From positions 992,001 through 1,056,000 of the forward strand of contig JBODTK010000016.1 in assembly GCA_050613775.1 (NCBI GenBank): 64,000 nt of DNA, read 5' to 3'. A model generated the notes under the pieces. That model ran no database searches, was not told the DNA's origin, and worked only from the letters and a program-made list of their open reading frames with translations. Position 1 is the stretch's first letter; each line of letters opens with the position of its first letter. Positions 44,616 to 58,037 of this stretch are shown here, in pieces. A program made the translations under genes and the position numbers. The DNA is from Neocallimastix sp. 'constans'. Lineage: Eukaryota.

Positions 44616-47600
44616 AAATAAAAAAATATATAGTTCAGTAATAAATAAGTATACTTTTTATAAATAATAGTTTAGAAGTATAATTAAAAAATAATCTATA
44701 TATTTATTTACTATTTATAATAATCTTCTTAAAATAATATATATTTTTTGTACATTTTAATAGTATAATCCATATCTATTTAATCTAATAAAAAAATTTA
44801 TATAGAAGATTATATATATCCCAATATAAATATTATTATTTGTTTTTTTGTTTTTTGTTTTTTTGGTTTTCAAAATTTAATAATTTTACCTATTGTATTG
44901 AATTAAACTATTATATTAATAATATAAATTAAAAAATAGAAATAGTTTATTTTTTTTTTTTTTTATTTTTTTATTTTTTTTTTTCACTTTTAAATCATAA
45001 TTAAATTATAAAATTATATTTTCGGTTAAATATAAACTTTTAATTAAATCGACATAAGTATTATGTTAATTAAAAAAAAAATATATTATTTAAAAATTTT
45101 TGATTAATGATTATTTCTGTAAATTATAAAAATCTATATTCCATATTTTAATATATATAATCACTATTCGTAAAATTATAATTAGAAATATAAAAGATTT
45201 TATAAATTATATATTTTATTCAATCCATACTAATAATTTTAAATTTTATATTAAATAATTTCATCTCATTAACAATTATATAAATAAATTTGATATCCAT
45301 TTATATTATTTTTTTTTTTATTTTTTTATTATATAAATATTAACAAATTTTATAAGTTAAAAAAATAATATTAAATATTTTTTTATGTATAAATACAAAT
45401 ACATTTAGATAAGGTTAACTCTTTAGAAATTCAATTCATTTATTAAATATATTGAGTATTCATTAAAAATTTTTAAATATAGCTCATATATATTAATAGA
45501 AGTATCTAAAATTTAAAAATTATTATAATTATTTATTATTTGTTATTATTATTATTATTATTACATTATTGAAAATATACTTTTTACTTTTATAAATATC
45601 ATTTTAGTTGAATTTCCTTATAATAATAACTATTGAAAAAAAAATATATTTAATTAATATATTAATTATAAAAAATTATATAATACAAATTAATTAATAA
45701 TGTATTATTATAGATTTAAGGAATAATTTAATACGTTGTTTTAATTAAAAAATGAAAATTTTTATAATCATAAATTTTAGTCAATAAAACACCTTTTGTG
45801 ACTTCATTGTCCGTAAATCTTATTTATTAATTTATTTCAAAAAATATATATATATATATATAAATCAACGACTAATTAGATGATTAGATGATTTACATTA
45901 AAAATTATTTAAGTTTTAATTAATATTTTATTATATTTAATTATATATAATGTATACATAAAAAATTTTTTTTAAAACAAATTTGATAAATAAGAAGCAA
46001 ATATATCTATTTAATAATAAATAAAAAAATAAATAATTAATAAAAATATAAATAATTATTAATATTTTATATATAAAATAAATAAGGCTATTAATTAATA
46101 TTAAATAAATAAAAATAAATAAAAATAATAATAATAATTAATTAACATTGAATTTAGAAAAGATGATAAAAATATTTTAAATATTTATTAATAAATTATT
46201 GTAAGTTAATACTATAGAACCCTATTTAACACTTATATCTAAATTTTAATATTTTTGTTAACATCATGCACTGTATTACTTTAATACCTTTTTTGAAAAT
46301 TAAAGTTTAAAAATAAAAATTATTTTTTGATTTATATAATATAAAAAAATTTGCATAGTTTAAATTAAAAATTATTTATAAAGAAATAATAAATTTAATT
46401 TTTTGAAAAAAAAAAAGATCAAAATTTAATTTATACAGAATTATATTGTAAAAAGTAATAAAATAATTTTGATGCTTTATGTTATGAATTCTTGAGAATA
46501 TTTATTTATTTATTTATTTATTTATTTATTTTTGTATAGAACAATATAAATAAAATCTTTTTTTTTTGTTAAATAAAAGTCGAGAAATTTCATGATAGTT
46601 AAAACCTAATCATTTATTTGAAATATATAAAGAATATTTAAAAATTTTCATTAAGCATTTTTTAATTACTTTTAATTAAATCTTTGCATTATTAAAAAAA
46701 AAAAACTAAATCAAAGATTTAATCAAATTAATTTCCAAAAAAGGAAATAATTAATTAAAACATTAAAAATTGAAATATGATCGCCCAATAAATTTAAAAT
46801 AATTTTTTGACTTTGCTATGTAAAATACATAATAATTACATTTTAATATTTATTTTTTAATTTATATAGTAAATTAAGAATTTTAAAGTTTTAAAGTTTA
46901 TGAATTGGGTAAATTTTTTATATTAAAATTATAGAACGATTTAATCAAATTAATAAACAAATTTAACCCATATCATCATTTTTTTATTAATATAATTAAC
47001 ATTAATATTACATATCCACTGATTAAATTTACATAAAAATCATTCTAAAAATTAGGTGTAATTAATATATATATATATATAAAACCAAATAAAAATAAGT
47101 ACCTGAATATATAAATATTTAATAAGTTTTATAAATATTAATAATTTATTTATTTTATAGTATAAATGAGAATTAAGAATAATTTATAAGAAAAGATAAT
47201 TAAAAAAAAATATGACTTTATTTGAAATGATAATTAATATTATAAAGTGAAAATAAAAAAAAAATATTAAAAATAAAATAAGATTTTGAAAATTAGTCGC
47301 ATTACATTTATTAAATAAATTAATTTCTATTTATATTTTTAATTGCTTTAAAATTGTTATTTCTCTCTTAATTAATTATTTTTCTTATACATTATATTTT
47401 CATTTAAACTATAACATAAATAAATTATAAAGTTTTATATAATTTATTTAATATTTAAATATTAAAGATGCTTTAGTTTTTTTTTTTTTATTTTTTATTT
47501 TTTTTTTTGCTTATATTAATTACACTTTATCTTTAATGTAAATTAAATAAAAATAAAGAAAAAAGTTAAAAAAAATAGTGGAATTTAAAAATTAGTCGTA

Positions 47601-48091
47601 TTACATTTATTAATAAATAAATAAAGAATTTCTATTTCTATTTCTATTTTTAATTGCTTTAGAATATGAAAAATAATAATGAATTCCATTTTTCATTTAT
47701 ACGTACTATTTAAAATTTTATTTAATCAATTAGAATAAAAGTTTATTAAATGTTATTTAATTCTTTTTATATATATATATTTTTAAAGTATTTTTTTTAC
47801 GTTTTTTTAAAATCTATGGCTTGTGTTTTGAAAAATTAATATATTATGAATTTATTCCATGTTTAAATTTAATTTTATCAATATATATTAAAATATATTA
47901 TAGTATACTCTAAATATACAAAGTTATCATGAATAAATTATTTAAAAATACATTAATATATATATATATATTTTTAGGATAAGAAAAAAACAAAAATAGT
48001 ATTCTTTTATTTATTTCTGAAAAAAGAAATAACTAAAATATAGACAAACAAAAAATTAACAAAATAATAAGTTAATAAATTAATATGCTAA

Positions 48092-48168
<77 letters not shown>

Positions 48169-48331
48169 AATTAATTAATTAATTAAATAATGAATCAATG
48201 AATCAATGAATGAATACATTAATAAATATAATAAATAAATAAATAATAAATGAATTAATAAATTAATAGATATAATAAATAAATAATGAATAAATTTATA
48301 AATAAATAGTAAATAAAACGAATATTTAACA

Positions 48332-48553
<222 letters not shown>

Positions 48554-48838
48554 TGAGTGATATCAATAAATTAAAGATAAATTATATCGAATTATATACA
48601 ATTGATTAATAAAAACGTATTTTTAAGGTTTTATATTGTATTAGTAATTCTTTCATATTTTAATCAACATTTTTTTTTCTACAAAATATGAATTTATTAA
48701 TTCTTATTGAATATTATGAATATTATTTATTCTGAATGTTCCAATGTATAATTTTTTTAACCAATCGTTTGATTTTAAAAGATTGATTGAAAAAAATATT
48801 TTTTTGTTGATCAAAGAAAAACTTGATAAAACTAATTA

Positions 48839-48982
<144 letters not shown>

Positions 48983-50881
48983 TATAAGGAAAATAAAAAA
49001 AAGGGTAAATTAAATTAATAAATATATATATAAATTTAAAATAATATATAAAAATATAAATATATATGCGAATGTATATGAATATATAAAATTTATTAAT
49101 TCTTAAAAATTTTTATATATTATAATATAAATAAATTATTTACAAGATTTATCTTTTTTTTTTTTTTTTTTAATTTTTTTATTTTGTTTTATTTTATATA
49201 TTGATATCATTACTATTTAATATTATCTTTTTAAAAAATTTTCTTTGTTTATTTACATATTATCCGTTTTTTTGTTCCTTTAGATTGTGTATTTTTAAAA
49301 GTATATTTATTTACAAATATATTTATAATTTTGATTTAATAATAATAATATATATATATTTTTTTAAAAAACGTAAAAATTAACTTCAGTAGATATTTAT
49401 TATATTAGAATTATTTTACTTCGGAAAAAAATATTTTGATTCAAATAATCTTTATATTTTATATATAATATTATAATATTATAATTATATATAAAAAAAT
49501 GGAATTAAATTCTTGTATTTATAACTTTTTCTTTGAAGAAATATAAAATTTATATAATTATTAGTTATTATTTAAGTTTTAATTTTCTTCAATATTCTAT
49601 TTTTTTTTATTAACTAATTTATAAAAAAGGTATTATTAAAAAAATTTTTTTTTTTATTTATAATAAAAAAAAAAAAAAATAAGTATTTATATATATATAT
49701 ATATATAAAATTACTTTTAATAAACTAAAATCTTTGTATTAAAATTATCTAAATTTTACACAGAACCTTTATCAATTTACGAAAAAGTTTTAATTAATTT
49801 AAACTTACTGTGAGAAAAAAAAAAGATAATATTTAAAAAAAATTTAGACTTTCATATTATTAGAAAATATTAAAAAGAAAGATGGAATAATTATAGAAAT
49901 AATATATATATATGGAAGGATGGAAGAATTAAAAAGTGATATATATATTAGAGTTTAGTTTAGTTTTAAGAATTATATATTTATTTAATTAATATATATA
50001 TATATTTTAATAAAAAAATCAATAAAAATAAAATAAAAAAAAAAAAAAAATAAAAAAAAAAATAGAAAAAAATAAAAGATTTTATAACTTTATATGAAAC
50101 AAAATTTTTCATTTTTTTAAAAAAAAAAAAAAAGAAAAAAAAATTTTTTTCTTTCATTTAAAGTCAAGAAGAGAGAAAAAAAAAAAGATGTATGATATTT
50201 ACAAAGTGAATATTTTAATTAAATAATTTTTTTTTTCTTTTTTTTTTTTTATTCCATTTTACGTATTAAGAAAAAAAATAAAAATTATTTTACATTATAT
50301 TATATACATTATATATATATGAATAAAAATGTAATAAATATAATTTTATAAATATTAATAATATTATTGATTTTATTACTTTTTTATATTAATTTAAAAT
50401 ATTATATCATATTTTAAACTTTTTTTTTATAGATAATTATTATATTTTATTTTAATATAAAGTCTACTATATATTATTATTATTATTTTAATAAATATTT
50501 CAATATGGTTATATAAAAAAAATAATATAACTAAAATTGATAATAATTATAGTTATTTTATTATTATTAATAATGTTGTTTATTTTTAATTTTTTTTTAA
50601 AAAAAAATAAAAACAAAACAAAGCAAAACAAAACAGAATAAAAAAAAATAATAAATAATAAATAATGAATAATAATAATAAATAATATAATAATAATAAT
50701 AATAAACATAGCTAATATCAATGATTCAATCAATTATAAGTTAATAGTGCTAATAATATTAATTTTACAATTGATTATTACTATTATTGATTATTTATTC
50801 TTTTTATTTATTATTTATCATTTATTATTATTTTATTTTTGATTTATAGATATATTAATAATATATATATATATATTAATT

Positions 50882-51693
50882 TTATTTGTTTATACTCTTT
50901 TTTATCTTTTTTAATTTACGCCAAGTACCAGATTGAAAGTTCATTTCAAATTCTATAATTTCACGCACGAATACATCATTTTCTTTATATACTTTACAAT
51001 TTAATGGTATTATTTTTGTAGGTTCATCAGGTATGTTAACTAATTATATGAGTAATAAAATAAAGTAAAAAAATATATATATGTATTATAATAATATTCA
51101 TTTATTATGGATGTCATAATATATTATTATTTAATCTTATTACCTTTTTTACCATTTAAGAAATCTATAATGAAATTTCGATCATTATTATCTAATAAAT
51201 TTGTACTTCCAAGAATATCAGAATAATCATTCATTTCCATTTGATAGGGTGATGAATCATTTGTCGGTGGTGGTTGATTTGGATCATAATTATTATTATT
51301 ATGGGGGTGAAGATTATTATTCATATTTGTATGATTTTCGTTTGGTGGAGGTTGATTATAGTAGGAATTTTGATTAGGATTATAATAATTATTATTAAGA
51401 TTATTATCTGGTTCATTATTATTATTGGATGACATCATATTTGGATCATGTAAATTTTGATTAGGATTTATATTATTATTATTATTATTATTATTAGGGT
51501 TGTAATAATCATTTGAATAAGAGTTCATATCATTATCACTCATTCCTGGTGAATACATATTATTTTGATCAGGTGGATTTGACATTTCTGGTACATCATT
51601 TAATGTATTATTTAATGGTAATATTGGAGTTGTTGCTTCTGAATTATTAACAGAAGACGATCCGGATTCATTATCAACTCTTCTTTTCTTACG

Positions 51694-51730
<37 letters not shown>

Positions 51731-54307
51731 TTGTTATTTGAATATACCAATCATTTTATCAATTAATTAATAAATTAATAAATCAATTCATAAATCAATA
51801 AATATGTCAATAAATAAGTTTTTAAATAAATTTATAAAATTTATAAATAAATCAATAAATTGCTTACTTCTTTTTATTGGTGATGTTACTAATAATAATT
51901 ATGAATATATAAATAAGAGATAGTATAATATAAATAGTATGAATATATAATATAAATATAAATATATGTTATTTATTTATTATTATTATTTTATTAATAT
52001 TATTATTTTTTTTATTAATTAATTAAAATAGGAAATTTATTTATTTATTACCAGAATTTTCACGCTGTAATATTCTTTCACGTTTTTCTTTTTCTTTAGC
52101 TTCTTTCTCTTTTTGTTTACGTAATTCTTTTTCACGAGCTTCTTTTTCTTTGGCTTCTTTAGCAGCAGCAATAGCTTCTTGTCTCTTCTTTTCTTTTTCT
52201 TTAGCTTCTTTTTCCCTAGCTTCTTTTAATGCTTCCTTTCTCTTTTTCTCTTCTTCTGCCTCCTTTTGCTTCTTTTTACGTTTTTCCAAACGTTCTCTTT
52301 CTCTTTCTTCTTTTTCTTTTTGCTTTCTAGCCATTTCTTCTTTCTTCTTTCTTTCCTTTTCTTTTTCGGCAGCTAATTTTTCTTCTTCTTCTCTCTTCAA
52401 TGCTAAACGTTTTTCTTCATTCAAACGATTAACTTCTTCAAGATCTAATACCATATTTCTTCTTCGAATATTATTTTTATTTAATAATGATCCCGTAAGT
52501 GGTTTATTAATATTAATATTATCTTTATAATGTTATTTCATTATTGTTTTTGAAATATTTTTTTTTTATATTTTTATTATATTTTATGTTATAATATATA
52601 TATATATATATTATTATTTTTTTTTTTTTTTTTTTTTCAAAGAATAATATTTTAAAAAATTAATAATTATATTATATTACATTAATATATTATTATATTA
52701 TAAAATTTAGATAATATATACTTTGTCTCATTGAAGGTCTATTTTTTATAAATAAATGTGATGGTCTTCTTCTTAAGAAGGATGGTTTTTCTTCTTTTTT
52801 AACTGGTGGCTTATTTGATGTTGGTGACGTAACTTTTAATAAACAATATCATCATTAATATTATATTTAATATTATATTAGAAAAATGGATAATAACAAT
52901 AATAAGAATAACAATTATAACAACAACAATAATAATTAATATATATATATATATCAATTATAATAATAACAATAACAATAACAATGACTAATATTATAAT
53001 AAAACTTTGTATATTTATTAATTTATATTATATATATATATATTTAATTTTAATGGTTATATTTAATAAAGAGTTCTACCTGTTATTCCTGGTATCTTTT
53101 TTTCTAAATTATCAATTCTTGTTTTTTCATCCGGAATTGAAAATTCTGGTTTCCAATTCATTTTATAGTTATTTAAAAATACATCTTCTGGTTTATGTCT
53201 TATGTACATTAATGATGATGGATGACATTTTGGGTATTCTGGTACTTTGTATATATATATATATATGATTATTTTAATAATTGTATTGATTAATTATAAT
53301 TAAATTTTATAAAAATTATATTTCGATTTTATATATATTTATTTTTTTTATTTACAATTATACAATAATTTATGTTAATATTAAAAATCATTAATTCTTA
53401 CATGATGAGATTACTTGTTTTATTCCTTTTTCAAAACATTTATCATCTTTTTCTATTTCACATGTATATTGTCCACCTGGTGTAGTAACATAATTTTTAA
53501 TAGCACTAGCAATACTTCCAATGAAATTTTTATTTAATTTATCATTTTCAGAGTCTTGTCTAGCTAATTGAAGTATCTATTTTATTTATATTAAATTTTG
53601 TTTATTAATGGATATTAATGATTATGAAATAAATATATAAATAATAATAATAATTACAACAAATAAAATTGATAATGATAATAATAATAATAATAATAAT
53701 TATAACTGATAAAAAAATTGATTATAATAATTAATAATAATTAATAATAATAAATAATGAAATATAACAATATTAGAATAGAACTTCATTTTAACTTAAA
53801 ATAAAATATGATAAAATTAAATAGTTACTTCTTAATAAATATTTTATTTTTAATTATATTAAAAAATACATATACTATTTCTATTATTATTTTAATTAAA
53901 TTTTATCGTTATTATTTTTTATTTTTTATTTCCATTTGTTTTATTTTATTTTTATTTTTTTTCCTTTTTACCTTTTCTATTCTTTCTCTAAATTCTACAA
54001 GATTCCTTTTTTTTATACATAATAATGCTAACATCAATTCTGTTTTTCGATAGGGTCCAATTAAATTATCTAATATATTATCTTCTAAACTATTATCCAT
54101 TAAAGGATTTTCTGATGTTGTTGGAGATTGGATAATATCATTTATGGAATTATTATAAAGAATTTCTGATTCATCTTTCCATCTTTTAATACAATAATCT
54201 AATGAATCAGCATCTATTAATTGTGATATTCTTTGTACTGATGCCCAACAATCCTGTGGTATCGGTTTCTTCCAAATTTCTCTTAATTCTTCAGTATTTG
54301 AATTCAT
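50882..54307 (-). CDS. NELFA: Negative elongation factor A (NELF-A / WHSC2) homolog (~662 aa)
   Basis: Exons 54307-53972, 53576-53402, 53244-53080, 52832-52722, 52522-52052, 51888-51868, 51695-51144, 51039-50882, all frame-consistent. N-terminal KTELMLALLCIKKRNLVEFRERIEKILQLARQDSE parallels human KLKLLLGTLHLPRRTVDEMKGALMEIIQLASLDSD. MVLDLEEV parallels KLLDISEL. C-terminal NLLDNNDRNFIIDFLNGKKVN..EFEMNFQSGTWRKLKKIK parallels NKVTRPEKALILGFMAGSREN..VFEMNYATGQWTRFKKYK (human sequence from memory). Confidence 0.8.
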
Positions 54308-55036
54308 TTTTTTTTTTTTAAAAAAAAAAAAATATGTTAATTATTTTTTATTTTTTAAAAATTTCACACAATCAGTTCTTTTATATTTATTTATTGCTTT
54401 ATTTATCGTCTGAATATAACAGTCTTTATTTATCTATTTTCTTTTCTCGTCAAACATTAATTTCTATAAAAAAGGAATTTTAATCTATTCGTTATGTTAT
54501 AGAATATTAATCATAGAAATACTATTAATATATAAATAAATATAGATTAAAATAAATATTATAGATTAAATATGAATAAATGATAAATGTTAGATTTTTT
54601 TTATTATTCTTACTAATTATTACTAAATATAAATTATTATTATTTATAAAAAATATTAAAATATTGAGTAATTATATTTAATTATAAAAGTATATAAATA
54701 CTAAGGAAAATGAATTCTTAAAATATTTAATAACATTATTTATTTATTTATTTATTTATTATTTTTTTATTTTATTTTATTTTATTTTATTTTGTTTAAA
54801 AATATGATATACATTTAATTTGTCATTGAAATTTTTAATATATTCAAATAAAAATTGTAAATATTTAAAAAAGTGTGATTAAAATACATAATAAATAAAT
54901 ATATTTGGGTGAGTGAAAATTGGTTCTACAATATAAATATAATAAATCTAACATTTTATCTAATATAAATATATAATTCTATTTATATTATAATATTTTA
55001 AATATAAATATTATATTATTTCAATAAAAATATAAA

Positions 55037-55345
55037 TAACTGGATAATTCAAAACCTTTAATCATTTTTGATCTTAATTTATTACTATAATTATTTTACG
55101 ATTATTCTATTATCAAATTTAATTATTTATTTACTTTTAATAAATTTGCTTAATTTATAAATAATGTATTACTTAAATACTTTTTATACTTTAATAGAGA
55201 AATACAAATAACTGGATAATTCACAAAGTCATTAATCATATTTCTGATCTTACTTAATTACTATTTATTATTTTATGATTATACTATTATCAAATTTATT
55301 TAACTATCTATTTACTTTTAATAAATTTATTTAATTGATAACTAT
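55037..55345. repeat. Diverged local duplication (~170-bp period)
   Basis: aataactggataattc..aatcat..tgatctt..gatt..ctattatcaaattt..tttacttttaataaattt occurs twice. Confidence 0.7.
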
Positions 55346-56397
55346 GTATTCATTTAATTATATATAGTTTTTTATTATGGATAATATTTATAAATATTCT
55401 TTGTATTTTACAACAAAATATAATAAATAAATAAATAAATAGATAAATAGATAAATGTATAAATTTATAAATTAATAAATATAAATATAATCAATAATAA
55501 ATTTTACATAATTAATATACACATAATTATTTTATACTATTATATATATAAATCTATTAAACTTTTTAAATTTTTAATTATTAATCCTATTTATTAATTA
55601 TATTTATATAATTTATAAAATTTATATAATTTAAATTATATATATTATTAATAAAACTTTACCTTTTTTTTTTTTTTTTTAAATTTATATTATTTTTGTT
55701 ATGGATTATACTTTTTTTTAAATTAATATAATTTATTTAAATATTCATTAATATTCATAAAAATATCATAACATTTTACACTGACCAACAAAAACAAAAA
55801 AAAAAAAAATTTGAAAATCATTTAAATATAAAATTATTTTATTATAGCGTTTCTTTGGCTGATAGATTTGAGCCTTGATTGGTTTTTATTGAATATTTAT
55901 TATAAATTTTTGTTATATAAAAATTACATTACATTTTGAATTAAGGCTTGATTAATTTTTTTATTATACATATACATAAATCTTTAATTAAAAAAAAGTT
56001 TAAATTGTTAAACTATTTTTTAAATTTTTCCTTTTAAATTTGAATAAAAAAATTTTTAAAATTTATTATTACTATATACTTTTTTTTTTTGTTTTTTTAC
56101 AAAAGGAAAAAAAAAAAAAAATAAATAAAAACTACAAATTCTATCCTTTTTTTTTTTTAAAAAAAAAAAGAAAGAAAAATTATTAAATGATTTTCTAATA
56201 GTAATTATTAGAACTTAATATTATTTATTTAAGGAATTAAAAAGTATATTATTATTTTTATATATCTATTTTAATAATTTTATTTTATTTTTTTTTTTTT
56301 TTTTTATTTCTTAATTTATTTTTACTAATAATTTTATTTGTATTTAATTTATTATTATTTTTTATTTACTTTTATATGATATTTATTTAAATATAAA

Positions 56398-56452
<55 letters not shown>

Positions 56453-56455
56453 AAA

Positions 56456-56491
<36 letters not shown>

Positions 56492-56580
56492 GTTTTCATC
56501 ATTAATCAATTAATCAATCAATTAAACAAATTTATATTTTGGTTATTTTTTAATTTTCAAAAAAAAATTTAAAGTGATAC

Positions 56581-58037
56581 TTAATAATAATAATAGTTCA
56601 TATTTGAATTCATACTACTCATTTCATTCACATTAAATGTCATACTTCCTGATCCCATATTAACATTCATATTAATATTGGATGTATTACTTCTATTGGA
56701 TACAGAAGAATAATTATTTTGAAAATCTTGATATTTATTATTTTTTAGATTATTAAAATTATTATAATTTTTGAAATTTTGATTACTTCGGAAATTAAAT
56801 ACATTGTTATCATTATTCATTTTCATTAGTTCATCTTTATTCATTAAACTTGGAAAATTTAATTCACCTTTTGAATTTCTGTTATAATAATATTGGAATT
56901 TATTTCTTGATGATTCAGATCTATTATTCATAGCTAAATTAGATAAATCTCTTAGATAATTATTGTTTTTTCTATTATAATTCATCATATTATTTTGTTC
57001 CAATTTTTCCTATTTAAATAAATAATAATATATTAATATATTAATATTATTACATACAGTTTATAATAATAAAATAAATTTAATTTAACAATTATTAAAT
57101 TTAGTACTGATTTCCTATTACATATATATATAATCAATTATAACTTAAATGTAAAAAAATCAAACAAATTATTACTTACATTTAATTTTGGTTTTAAATT
57201 TAATAAAGCATAAGCACACCATAAAACAATAACAGATAAAGAATCCCACCAAATATCACCTCCTGGTTTCTTTGAGTATGCATTAATTATGTAATAGAAG
57301 ACCATCTTTGATACCAGTAAAATTACGAAAATGATAACATTATTATCTAACACAGCTTTAATTTTAAAGTGACGTAATTTATAATTTTTTAGGTTTTTTA
57401 ATGAAATGAAGAGTGTAATAATAACAATGAGCAATGAAACTGAAGTATCAATAATATCGAAAATTTCAACATAAAAAATAATATTGGCATCATTATTTAC
57501 AACACAACCTCCAAATTTACTAGAATTTCCTCTATAATGAATAAGATTCATGAAATATGACGTACTATATAAAATACTGAAAAAGGTACAAACAAAAATA
57601 ATTTTTTTAAGCCAATCTTTTTTATAATAATTTATGGTGATTCGATAAAGTCTACATATTTGATAAAAAGAAATGGGTACCCAATTAAGAGTTGCTGAAA
57701 AATAAAAAAAGTATATAAAAAATCCGGTACAATCTATAAAACCAAGAGGTGCTCTAATTCTATAAATAATATCACTTGAATTATTCATTAGTGCAAATGA
57801 TGATGCAGTTATAAGAAACCAAAAATGCCAATCTCTTGTTTTAAAATATCTAATTAATGATTTTAAAAGAATGATAATATACATTGTTTCTGATATAACC
57901 AACATTAAAAATTCAATTTTATGAACTTTTAAATCATCATCTAAATTGCCATTCACGGTATTATTATTAATTTCACCTGTATCATTGCTTTTTACATATG
58001 ATTCAGTATATTCAAAATTGTAGAAAGCTGGATCCAT
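56581..58037 (-). CDS. Seven-transmembrane GPCR-like protein with an Asn-rich C-terminal tail (~428 aa)
   Basis: Exons 58037-57180 and 57009-56581. Seven hydrophobic segments, N-terminal sequons NDT and NNT, Cys at the top of TM3 (DCTGFF) and in ECL2 (FGGCVV), Arg at the cytoplasmic end of TM3 (QICRLYRI). Confidence 0.7.

Noticed and set aside
57180..57260. Opsin identity for the 7TM protein
   Set aside because: No Lys within predicted TM7 for a retinal Schiff base.
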